Below are positions 33,852-42,334 of a stretch of DNA of 53,991 nt, piece by piece. Source of the DNA: an uncultured Gammaproteobacteria bacterium. GTDB taxonomy: Bacteria > Patescibacteriota > Microgenomatia > UBA12405 > CAZGPK01. How positions within the stretch are numbered: position 1 is the first letter of the stretch; every line of letters begins with the position of its first letter. Position numbers and translations under genes: made by a program. The notes under the pieces were generated by a model. It was not told the origin of the DNA. It did no database searches and saw only the letters and a program-made list of their open reading frames with translations. Where the stretch lies: the NCBI GenBank assembly GCA_964527115.1, contig CAZGPK010000001.1, forward strand, positions 43,729-97,719, written 5' to 3'.

Positions 33852-36740
33852 TTAAATATTGAGGTTAATTTGTTCATTTTTTAAAGATAAATTGGGGTTA
33901 AAAAAGGGATCGTTTTGAAGTGTTTCTCCCCATCTTTGGTGCATGGTTTGAATCTCTCTGGCAAACTCCTCAAGGTTTCGAGAACCTTTAGAGGGGTCCC
34001 CGACTGAGATTGATTCGTGGTGATAAAGGTTGGCAAAAGGGGTGTAAACGTTTCGATATCCTTTTTTGAGGAGACGTAAACAAAAATCAACATCATTAAA
34101 GGCAATTCTAAATTTTTCGTCCATGCCCCCAACTTCTAAATATTTTTTTCTTGAGATTAGGAGACAGGCGGCAGTTACGGCTGAGTAATTTCTGATGGTA
34201 TCCTTTGAATTGAGAACAGGTAATCCTGCTGAAAGATCAGGAGACATCTTTTGTGTGTGGCCGGCAATTCCTCTTTTAATGTCTCCTCCTCTGATGCCCA
34301 GGACGACACCGGCGTGTTGTATTAGTTCGTTGGGATAAAGAAGTTTAGCGCCGACACAGGCAATTTCTTTGTTTTGAGCGTATTCCAACATAGCCTGGAT
34401 CCAGTCGGAATTGATAATTTCTGTATCGTTGTTGAGAAGCAAAACATAATCACTTTTTGATTTTTTAACGGCAAAATTGTTAACTGCAGCAAAGTTAAAG
34501 ATTTTTTTCCAGTGTAAAAATCTAATACGCGGATCTCCTTTAATTTTTTTATAGTACTTAAGGGTTTCTTTTTCAGTGCTTTGGGTGTCAACTATGGTGA
34601 TGTTGTAGTTTTTATAACTGGTTTTTTTAAGAATTGAAGAAATTGTCCTTTTAAGATAGAAAAGTTTATCTTTAGTGGGAATAATAATGTCGATAGTAGG
34701 ATTGCCTTTAATTTTATATTTGACTCTAAAGGTTCCAGGAATAATTCCATTGGAAATACTGCCCTTTTGCCCTTTTGTTTTGAGAATACTTTTTAGTGCT
34801 TTTTGAGCGGCGGTGTTAGCGTAATTTTTAACTTCGTAAACTGAGGCGGTAGATTTTGGTACTTTTCTCCAAGAGTAGAGGATATCGGGAACATGGACTA
34901 TTTTTTGAGCGATTTGGGTGGTTCTTAAGAAAAGGTCATAGTCTTGTGAGCCTTCAAAGCCTACTCTAAATCCTCCAACTTTGGTTATTAGGGTTTTTTT
35001 AATTACTGAAAGGTGACAAAGATAATTTACGGACATAAACATCTCTGGTGACCAATCGGGCTTAAAAAATGGGTCTACCCTTCTTCCGTCTAGTTCTAGT
35101 TTGTCTTCATCGGAATAGATAAAATCAATGTTTTTATCTTCATTTAAAAGTTTGGCTATTTCATAAAGGGCGTGTGGTGTTAATTCATCGTCGTGATCCA
35201 TAAGAGCAACATATTCTCCTGTGGCTAACTTTAAGGCTGAGTTAGAAGCTCGGGATATATGACCATTTTGTGTTCGATAAACTACTTTTATTCTCTGGTC
35301 TTTGTTTTTATATTTCTCCAGTACTTGTTTGACGTGGGGTTTAGTAGAGGCGTCATCAGCAAGACAGAGCTCCCAGTTGTCATAGGTTTGGTTTAAAACT
35401 GATTTTATACAGGCTTCTAACCATTTTTGATCGGTGTTGTAGACAGGAGTAATAATGCTGATTTTCGGACGGTATTTGAATTTTTTTTGTTTTTTTCTTT
35501 GGTGGACTAATTTTTGTTTGGTAGGAATATTTTGTTTTAACCAGATTTGATATTGCTCATTTATATTTGTTATTTTTTGTTCTGTCGTTTGGCTACCGAT
35601 TAATTTTCCCCTTAATCCTCGTGGACCCTTTGTTATGAGAATTTTGGTTCCTTTCAATATTAATGAGGGTTTTCGTCTAATCTTTGTGTATAGTTGCCAA
35701 ACCTTAAATGTTTTAGCAGAGGTAACATTGTCTAATATTTTTTGGAGGTTTTGCGCATGCAGATCTATGGTATCTATTCTTTTACTATTTTCTCTGTTCA
35801 TTTTTCTTTGTTCTTTAACTATTAATTTTAAACTATCTATTTTTTTTGTCTGTTTGTTAATTTGGGCACAAATTTCTTCTCCGGTTTGCCCCAGTTTTTG
35901 CTTGGCAGACTTTAACTCTTTCCTTGTTTCGGTTAATTGTTCTCTTTTGGTTGATAGGATTTCCTTCTTGGTTTTTAGGTTGTAGTTAAGAGAAGTTAAT
36001 TTTTCTTGGTGAATCTTAGTGATGTTGGTAATGTGATTTTGTTGATCAAAAGTTTGTTTTTTTAGTTGTTTGTTTTCGTGTAAGAGTGGGTAATAGTTTT
36101 GCCATATTTGTTTAAAATTATTTTTTTTTAAAAGAGGTGAATTGTTTTTGATTATTATTCCCAGACCATGGGAATGGGAAAATTCTATTGTTTGGTAGGT
36201 TTTTTTGAGTTCTGCCCAAAGAAGATGGACTCCAAAGTTACTTTTTTTTTCGTGGGTGTCATGTAGGAAAATTAGACCATCTGATTTGACTTTTTTGGAC
36301 CAATTGTCAAAGTCATGTTTGACAGCTTTATACGTATGAAAACCGTCAATGTGAAGAATGTCGATGGAATTATCTTTGAAATTTTTTTTTGTTTCGTCAA
36401 ATGTTTTTCTAAGTAACTTGATGTTTTGATTTGGGTAAAGTTTATTTTTAATTTCTTTTACATGCTTGTACATTTGGGAATCATAAGCTCCAGTGTGTTT
36501 GTCCCCTTTCCAAGTGTCGATTGCAAAAAGTTTTGTTTTTAATTTTGCGTCTTTTACTGCTTGGCAAAAAGAAAAAAAGGAACCGCCCTTGTGAGTGCCA
36601 AGTTCAACTATTGTTTGTGGTTTTAGGTTTCTGACAAGGTCATAGGAAAAGTATCGGTGACCAATCCAAGCTGATTCAAGATCACCATATTCTTTTTCAT
36701 AACTATATGTGGGTTGGTAGTATTTCCAGATATTTTTCAT
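33852..36740 (-). CDS. Multidomain methyltransferase / coiled coil / two GT2 domains (WsaE-like polymerase-terminator)
   Basis: VELGTHKG.S, DTW.GD, HIDG.HTY..V..D, G....HD (Methyltransf_24-like); about 120-aa coiled coil; GT2a SIITPVYN..D.S..DHDD; GT2b IIIPTKD..LLNND.E..AFNDVD.CL. Confidence 0.9.
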   Translation of the reverse strand: MKNIWKYYQPTYSYEKEYGDLESAWIGHRYFSYDLVRNLKPQTIVELGTHKGGSFFSFCQAVKDAKLKTKLFAIDTWKGDKHTGAYDSQMYKHVKEIKNKLYPNQNIKLLRKTFDETKKNFKDNSIDILHIDGFHTYKAVKHDFDNWSKKVKSDGLIFLHDTHEKKSNFGVHLLWAELKKTYQTIEFSHSHGLGIIIKNNSPLLKKNNFKQIWQNYYPLLHENKQLKKQTFDQQNHITNITKIHQEKLTSLNYNLKTKKEILSTKREQLTETRKELKSAKQKLGQTGEEICAQINKQTKKIDSLKLIVKEQRKMNRENSKRIDTIDLHAQNLQKILDNVTSAKTFKVWQLYTKIRRKPSLILKGTKILITKGPRGLRGKLIGSQTTEQKITNINEQYQIWLKQNIPTKQKLVHQRKKQKKFKYRPKISIITPVYNTDQKWLEACIKSVLNQTYDNWELCLADDASTKPHVKQVLEKYKNKDQRIKVVYRTQNGHISRASNSALKLATGEYVALMDHDDELTPHALYEIAKLLNEDKNIDFIYSDEDKLELDGRRVDPFFKPDWSPEMFMSVNYLCHLSVIKKTLITKVGGFRVGFEGSQDYDLFLRTTQIAQKIVHVPDILYSWRKVPKSTASVYEVKNYANTAAQKALKSILKTKGQKGSISNGIIPGTFRVKYKIKGNPTIDIIIPTKDKLFYLKRTISSILKKTSYKNYNITIVDTQSTEKETLKYYKKIKGDPRIRFLHWKKIFNFAAVNNFAVKKSKSDYVLLLNNDTEIINSDWIQAMLEYAQNKEIACVGAKLLYPNELIQHAGVVLGIRGGDIKRGIAGHTQKMSPDLSAGLPVLNSKDTIRNYSAVTAACLLISRKKYLEVGGMDEKFRIAFNDVDFCLRLLKKGYRNVYTPFANLYHHESISVGDPSKGSRNLEEFAREIQTMHQRWGETLQNDPFFNPNLSLKNEQINLNI

Positions 36741-36768
36741 TGTTAAATGATAGTATTGTAATAGAAAT

Positions 36769-37662
36769 ATGAAGAAAAAAAAGTTGATAATGACTCTTTT
36801 GGTGAGAGATGAGGAAGATATTTTAGAAAGTAATATTTGTTTTCATTTAAATAGCGGTGTCGATTTTATTGTGGCGATAGACAATTGGTCGATCGACAAA
36901 ACTCCAAATATTTTAGAAAAATACCAAAGGAAGGGCCTTCTCTCGTATGAGATTGTTAAAGAGCATACTTATGAACAAAGCAAATGGGTATCTTCCATGG
37001 CGGTAAAGGCTAGGAGTATGGGCGCGACTCATATTTTTCATTGTGATGCTGATGAATTTTGGTATCCTAAGAGTGGAAATCTGAAAGACTATTTACCGAC
37101 TAAAAATGAAATTTTTTATGTTTCTTTGTTAAATTATTTGCCTCCTAAAATTCATTTGTTTTCCTCTATAGCTCCCAGACTAGTTGTTGTTAAACCTGGC
37201 AATTATCCAAGTAAAAACCCAGAGAGTTCTAAACTTTTGTTATATAAATATCCCAGAAAAGTGCTGACTCCTAGTCGCTTTGATCAGGTGGCAATGGGAA
37301 ATCATGATGTGGTAACTGATGGTAAAGTAGCAAAAATAGAGCTAGATGATAAGATAATCATTCACCATTTTTCCATAAGGGGTTTTAATCACTTTAAAAG
37401 AAAGGTAGTAAATGGGGGTAGTGCATACGCAAAAAATCCTGATCAGAATCCAAGTTTGGGGTGGCATTGGAAGAAGTGGCACAAGTTGTATTTAGATAAC
37501 AAATTAGAGTTAGAGTATGAAAGTATTTGTTTGAAAAATGAGTCTGATGGCTTTATTCGTGATGGAATTGTTAGATGGTGTCAAATTCCAAAACGTATTG
37601 CTCTAGCAAAAAAAATATTTGTTTTTGAAAACCTATTTAATAGTTTCGGGAATGGAGATTAA
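36769..37662 (+). CDS. GT2-like glycosyltransferase (Glyco_tranf_2_4 type)
   Basis: VRDEEDI, DN.S.D.T, DADEFW, G.H, HF..R. Confidence 0.8.
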   Translation: MKKKKLIMTLLVRDEEDILESNICFHLNSGVDFIVAIDNWSIDKTPNILEKYQRKGLLSYEIVKEHTYEQSKWVSSMAVKARSMGATHIFHCDADEFWYPKSGNLKDYLPTKNEIFYVSLLNYLPPKIHLFSSIAPRLVVVKPGNYPSKNPESSKLLLYKYPRKVLTPSRFDQVAMGNHDVVTDGKVAKIELDDKIIIHHFSIRGFNHFKRKVVNGGSAYAKNPDQNPSLGWHWKKWHKLYLDNKLELEYESICLKNESDGFIRDGIVRWCQIPKRIALAKKIFVFENLFNSFGNGD

Positions 37663-37667
37663 CCTTT

Positions 37668-38348
37668 ATGTTTTTCTCAGTTAAAAACAGTCTTTTTCAT
37701 AAAAGAAAAAATATCCCTAAAATTGTTCACTATGTTTGGGTTGGGGACAAAAATATTAATGACACCAGTTTTAAAGATTTTTTTAAGGGTTGGAAAAAGA
37801 ACTTGAAGGGTTATAAATTTATGTTTTGGAACGAGAAGGCGATTAGAAACAAATGGGATAATGAATATTTAAATAATGCCTTTGATAATAAAAAATGGTC
37901 GAATGTTTCTAATCTTGTCAGACTTTTATCGCTGAAGGAATATGGGGGTATATATATGGATACTGATATTGAAGTAATTGATAACTTTAACGAAATGATG
38001 TCAAAGCAGTGCTTCCTTGGTTTTCAATTGAAAAAACATCGAACACATTGGGTTAATGGCGCAGTAATTGGTTCTGTTCCCAATCATTGGTTTATTGATG
38101 ATTGTATTAAATTTTTACTGGAAAAATACAATGGTTTTGAATCCTCTGATTTGTCGGGGCCAGTTGTTGTGACTCATGTTTTGAAGGAAATGGGTTTGAT
38201 AAAATATTCTACTTCTGGGGTATTAATTAAGGATGTTTTCATATACCCAGTTGAAGTTTTTTATCCATATAGCTGGAGAGAAAAATTCACTAAGTCTTGT
38301 GTAAAAGCCAATACTGTTGCCATACATCACTGGAATAAGGGTTGGTAG
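37668..38348 (+). CDS. GT32 (OCH1-like, DXD sugar-binding) glycosyltransferase
   Basis: IPKIVHY.W.G, R...L..YGGIY.DTD, GP...T, FYP, HHW..W. Confidence 0.88.
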   Translation: MFFSVKNSLFHKRKNIPKIVHYVWVGDKNINDTSFKDFFKGWKKNLKGYKFMFWNEKAIRNKWDNEYLNNAFDNKKWSNVSNLVRLLSLKEYGGIYMDTDIEVIDNFNEMMSKQCFLGFQLKKHRTHWVNGAVIGSVPNHWFIDDCIKFLLEKYNGFESSDLSGPVVVTHVLKEMGLIKYSTSGVLIKDVFIYPVEVFYPYSWREKFTKSCVKANTVAIHHWNKGW

Positions 38349-38357
38349 ATAATTGGT

Positions 38358-39092
38358 TTAGTTACCTTGTCTGTATTTCCCAACAACCTTGCTTGCTTGG
38401 TCGTATGAAACTAGTGTGGAGCGGTTTATATATAGTGCTTTGGCGCAAAAATTTTTGATTGAATCGAGGTTGTGGGAAACATAAATGATGGTTACTCCTT
38501 GTTTTTTGAATTCTTCCATTTTTGCAAAGCACTTTTGTTGGAAGGCAGTGTCCCCTACTGCTAGGATTTCATCAATTAGGAGGATCTCTGGTTTGACGTG
38601 GATGGCAACAGAGAAGCCTAGGCGCATGTACATGCCTGACGAGTAGTGTTTGACGGGTTGGTCAATAAAGTCCCAGAGCTCGGCAAAATCAACTATTTCC
38701 TTAAAGTATTTATCTATTTGGCTTCTTCTCAGTCCTAGAATTGCCCCATTTAGATAGACGTTTTCTCTTCCGGTTAATTCTGGATGAAAGCCAGCACCTA
38801 ATTCGATAAGTGGTGATACTTTACCCTTGACAGTTACCTGGCCCTCTGTGGGGCTCATGACGCCAGCAATTAGCTTTAAGATGGTGCTTTTACCGGAGCC
38901 ATTGGGACCGATGATTCCCAGGGTCTCTCCTTTATTTACTTTGAAGGAAATGTCTTTTAGGGCCCAGAATTCTTGACGGGTTTCTTTTTTTTGTAAGAAA
39001 GCAGGGAGAAGCTCTTTGAAAGTCTTCTGGTTTAGGAGAGTAAATTTCTTTGAGACTTTCTTAAATTCAATGACTGGTTGGTTTTTGTTCAT
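38358..39092 (-). CDS. wzt: Polysaccharide ABC exporter ATP-binding subunit without a C-terminal CBM
   Basis: FWALKDISF, GPNGSGKST, YSSGM..RL.F, ILLIDE.LAVGD..FQ.K, VSH; protein ends at 244 aa. Confidence 0.93.
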   Translation of the reverse strand: MNKNQPVIEFKKVSKKFTLLNQKTFKELLPAFLQKKETRQEFWALKDISFKVNKGETLGIIGPNGSGKSTILKLIAGVMSPTEGQVTVKGKVSPLIELGAGFHPELTGRENVYLNGAILGLRRSQIDKYFKEIVDFAELWDFIDQPVKHYSSGMYMRLGFSVAIHVKPEILLIDEILAVGDTAFQQKCFAKMEEFKKQGVTIIYVSHNLDSIKNFCAKALYINRSTLVSYDQASKVVGKYRQGN

Positions 39093-39154
39093 TTTTGTTT
39101 ATATTTTATCTGTTTGATTTGATTGAGTTCAGTAAGCTGTAATATTTTTATAAG

Positions 39155-39193
39155 AAGTCGCTGTGTACGCTTTGCGTTGCGGGCGGCTTTTTT
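39155..39193 (+). terminator. Terminator-like nested hairpin followed by a T-run
   Basis: AAGTCGC (39155-61) pairs with GCGGCTT (39183-89, one G-U pair); inner ACGC-TTT-GCGT; T6 at 39188-93. No + gene lies directly upstream. Confidence 0.35.
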
Positions 39194-39252
39194 GTTATAT
39201 GGGAAGTTTAATTTTTATTGAGTATTGGTTTTTTGTGTTGTATAATTTGTTT

Positions 39253-39307
39253 ATCACGATGAGAGGACTACCAAAGGGCAATCTTATTTCCCGCGGGAAT
39301 GCCTCTC
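39253..39307 (-). other. Structured element spanning the NYN stop codon
   Basis: GAGAGG/CCTCTC stem (39261-66 with 39302-07) encloses the perfect 12-bp palindrome TTCCCGCGGGAA (39288-99); ATCGTGAT tail on the minus strand. Confidence 0.5.
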
Positions 39308-39814
39308 TTTTTCTTTTTTAACTTCTAGTTTGTTCTTGGTAGCAGTGAGTGTGGCAATGTATTTGGCATAGTTTCTTAAAAGGGAAGAGTATTTTTGATT
39401 GGGGGCGATAATTTTGCAGAGTTTGTTTTTCTTTTCAAGATATTCAATAAGGCAATGGAAATCACCATCGCCAGAGACAATGATTGCCTGGGAATAATAA
39501 GGGTATTGAATCATAGAATGGAGAACCAATTCGGCATCAACATTTCCTTTAATGACAGATTTCCCTTTTTTGGAGATTTGCAAGACATGTTTGAAAATTA
39601 GGATATAGCCAACTTCCTGAAGATGTTTGTAGAGATTGCTATTGCCTTCGATATAGCCAATAAAAAGATAGGCCTTTTTTACATGGTATTTGTTCCTTAA
39701 ATAATTTCTGAATTTGCCATAGTTTAATTTCCAGCCAAGGGATTGAACGCCAAGATTTAGGTTTTGGCTATCAATGAAGGCGTAGATTTTTGAATTGTTT
39801 TGGAGACTTTTCAT
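39284..39814 (-). CDS. NYN (LabA/DUF88, PIN-like) domain protein
   Basis: YAFIDSQN, KGNVD..L, IIVSGDGDF..L, S.LL motifs. ATG 39814 sits 1 nt past the wzm stop (alternative start 39832). Confidence 0.9.
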   Translation of the reverse strand: MKSLQNNSKIYAFIDSQNLNLGVQSLGWKLNYGKFRNYLRNKYHVKKAYLFIGYIEGNSNLYKHLQEVGYILIFKHVLQISKKGKSVIKGNVDAELVLHSMIQYPYYSQAIIVSGDGDFHCLIEYLEKKNKLCKIIAPNQKYSSLLRNYAKYIATLTATKNKLEVKKEKERHSRGK

Positions 39815-39815
39815 G

Positions 39816-40613
39816 TTAGACAGCATCGGCAAAGCGACCTTCCCATTTTTTAAAGAGGTAAAAGCCTGAAAAGAGGGTGATTAGGGAGACAATCAGGGCA
39901 ATGAGGAGGTTTAAGAGATTGGGTGCTTCGCCTCCCAGGATAGCGGCCCGGTAGGCATTAACTAAAACAGCCATGGGGTTTAGCTGAAAGACAAAGCGGA
40001 AACGGGCGGGAATGATGTCAATTGGGTAGATGATGGGAGTAAGGTACATCCAGAGCATGAGAACAAGACCTAAGAGGTATTGGATATCGCGGTAGAAGAG
40101 GTTGGCGGCGGCCATAAAGAAGGAGAGGCCCAGAGTAAAGAATTGCTGGATAAGGAAAATGGGGAAGAACCAGAGCAGATTAAAGTTTACTGGAATTTTA
40201 AAGACAAGCATGAAAACAACAAGAATGAGGGAGGCAAAGAGAAAATCGACTATTTTAGATAAAAGAGTGGCAATGGGAAAGATTGAGCGAGGGAAATAGA
40301 CCTTGGTGATAAGGGAGGCATTGCCAACCAGAGAGTTGGCGGAGGAGGAGACAGCGTTGGCAAAGAGAGACCAAGGGAGAAGGCCGACGTAGAGAAAGAT
40401 GATGTAGGGAATACGAGGATTGGCTCCAGTGGGAATGCGCATAATAGTGGAGAAGACAAAGGTCATGACAAGAATTTGAAAGAAGGGATTAAGAATAACC
40501 CAGAAATAGCCCAAAATTGACTGTTTGTAGCGGGCTTTAATCTCACGGGCCACCATTTGCCAAAGGAGTTCTCGGTGAAAAACAAGCTGTTTTATTTCTT
40601 CTTTAAGAAGCAC
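39816..40613 (-). CDS. wzm: Polysaccharide ABC exporter permease
   Basis: RELL.....RE.KARYKQS.LG..W..L.P, L..KVYFPR..FP, YRD, TPIIYP, NP....V..YR. Confidence 0.93.
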   Translation of the reverse strand: MLLKEEIKQLVFHRELLWQMVAREIKARYKQSILGYFWVILNPFFQILVMTFVFSTIMRIPTGANPRIPYIIFLYVGLLPWSLFANAVSSSANSLVGNASLITKVYFPRSIFPIATLLSKIVDFLFASLILVVFMLVFKIPVNFNLLWFFPIFLIQQFFTLGLSFFMAAANLFYRDIQYLLGLVLMLWMYLTPIIYPIDIIPARFRFVFQLNPMAVLVNAYRAAILGGEAPNLLNLLIALIVSLITLFSGFYLFKKWEGRFADAV

Positions 40614-40799
40614 AAGTCTATTTTAGAGTATTGGTAGAAGGAGAGCAAAGGTTTAGGCTTGAAGAAATTACTGGTTAGCTTAAGAGAGTTGATAATGTTT
40701 TTTTAGTTGAAAATTTAATATTTGATAGATCGTCTCAATATGAATAACTAAGTATTTATCAATTAAAACGAATTTTGATACATTAAGAAGAAGGTGATT

Positions 40800-42245
40800 C
40801 TAGCAATTTTTCTGAGGTTCGTTAAAAGCTTGAGGGGATGCTGGTAAAGAAGTTGGTTTTACAAAGAAGTTGAAGTAATCAGTTAGGCGCAGTAAAAGCC
40901 ATTTGGCCTGTTTGGGTTTAACTAGAAAAATTGTTTTAATTAGTGTTTTGGGCCTAAAGTAGAAGGCTCTAAAGGCTTTTTTTTGAAAATAGCTTAATTG
41001 GATGTTGCTTAGACTTTTAGTGCTGTAAATTGAGTCGCCAAAGAAGCTAAAATTTTCCCAGGGGAGATCCTTAAGCTTTCTGTTTGAAAGCCAATCTTCA
41101 AAAACTTTAGTACCAGGAAGGGGGACAAATTTGCAAAATTGAGCCCGGTCAAGAGGTAGTTCACGGGCAAATTTAATGGTTTTTTCTGCTGAATTAGCTG
41201 TTTCGCCGGGGAGACCAATGATAAAGAAGCCCCAGGTTTGAATACCGATTTTTTTGGCCATTTTAATGATTTTGGGGACAAGGGAAAGTTTTAGGTTCTT
41301 GTTAGCCCGGTTTAGGATCCGTTGGGAGCCGGATTCAATGCCAAAGGCTAAGAGATAGCAACCAGAGGCTTTCATCTCCTCCAAGAGCTCCTGGTCGAGG
41401 CAGTTAATGCGAACTCCATTGGGACAGGCCCAGACAATATTCAATTTCCGACGGCGAATTTCCCGGCAGATGGAGAGGGCATGAGGTTTATTGGCGGTGA
41501 AGTTGTCATCTTCAAAGTGAAATTCTTGAATACCGTGCTTTTTGTGCAAGAGCTCCATTTCGTCAACGACAGATTTGGCCTCACGAAAACGGATTTGGCC
41601 GCACCAGGTTACTCTTGAAGAGCAAAAGGAGCAGTTGAAAGGACAACCACGGGTGGTGATAATGGGGGCAGTGGGAAAGCGACGAAAAAAAGCACCATGG
41701 GGGGCGGGGGGATATTTTTGAGGTTGGAGAAGATTCCAGGCAGGTAGAGGAATTTGATTTAAATCTTTGATAAGTGCTTGACGGGGGTTTTGGGAAATAT
41801 GCCCGTTTTTGCTTTTGTAAGCCAAACCTTTAATGGTGGAAAAATTTGAGGAAGAACGGCTTAGTTGGTAGGCTAGTTTTTTTAAAGTAGTTTCTGCTTC
41901 ACCAATGGTGGCAAAGTCGGCCTTGGTTTCTTCGAGGCTAAAGCGGGGCAGGGCGGAGACGTGAGGTCCACCGATAACAAGGGGAAGCTTGAGTTGTTTT
42001 TTGATTTTCTCAATGAGATCACGGGCTTGGGGAAAATAGATAGTCATGATGCTAACTCCCACTAAATCAGGGGGGTTTTCTTTGAGGATTTGGAGCATTT
42101 GGTCGTTGTTGGTTTTTTGAAGCAGACAATCGAAAATGCTAACTTCGTGGTTTTGGGAAAAAAGGGAAGCGGCTAAGTACCCTAAACCCAAGGGGGGGGT
42201 GACAATATGGGTGGGAAATTGTGGTTGGATAAGGGCAATTTTCAT
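40800..42245 (-). CDS. B12-binding-domain radical SAM enzyme
   Basis: PPLGL.YLAA.L, V.GGPH, TRGCPFNCSFC (CX3CX2C), F.DDNF, GIESG, G.FI.GLPGET. Confidence 0.92.
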   Translation of the reverse strand: MKIALIQPQFPTHIVTPPLGLGYLAASLFSQNHEVSIFDCLLQKTNNDQMLQILKENPPDLVGVSIMTIYFPQARDLIEKIKKQLKLPLVIGGPHVSALPRFSLEETKADFATIGEAETTLKKLAYQLSRSSSNFSTIKGLAYKSKNGHISQNPRQALIKDLNQIPLPAWNLLQPQKYPPAPHGAFFRRFPTAPIITTRGCPFNCSFCSSRVTWCGQIRFREAKSVVDEMELLHKKHGIQEFHFEDDNFTANKPHALSICREIRRRKLNIVWACPNGVRINCLDQELLEEMKASGCYLLAFGIESGSQRILNRANKNLKLSLVPKIIKMAKKIGIQTWGFFIIGLPGETANSAEKTIKFARELPLDRAQFCKFVPLPGTKVFEDWLSNRKLKDLPWENFSFFGDSIYSTKSLSNIQLSYFQKKAFRAFYFRPKTLIKTIFLVKPKQAKWLLLRLTDYFNFFVKPTSLPASPQAFNEPQKNC

Positions 42246-42334
42246 ATAATTTGAAGGCGAGGCATACTGATAATGAATTTGGCCTTGGCTTTTTGATAGG
42301 CTTTTTGTTTTTCTATGATTTCCTTTTTATTAAG

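Noticed and set aside
37668-38348. TcdA/TcdB-like toxin glucosyltransferase
   Set aside because: Only 226 aa with no delivery domains; the motifs fit ordinary GT32 capsule/O-antigen enzymes.
23012-38348. Prophage or integrative element as the source of the AT-rich block
   Set aside because: No integrase, structural phage genes, att-like repeats or flanking tRNA found.
39093-40799. tRNA, riboswitch or other known ncRNA in the larger intergenic gaps (also 26276-26358 and 49102-49196)
   Set aside because: No cloverleaf, T-loop or recognisable riboswitch consensus by eye; an Infernal/Rfam scan would be needed to exclude them fully.
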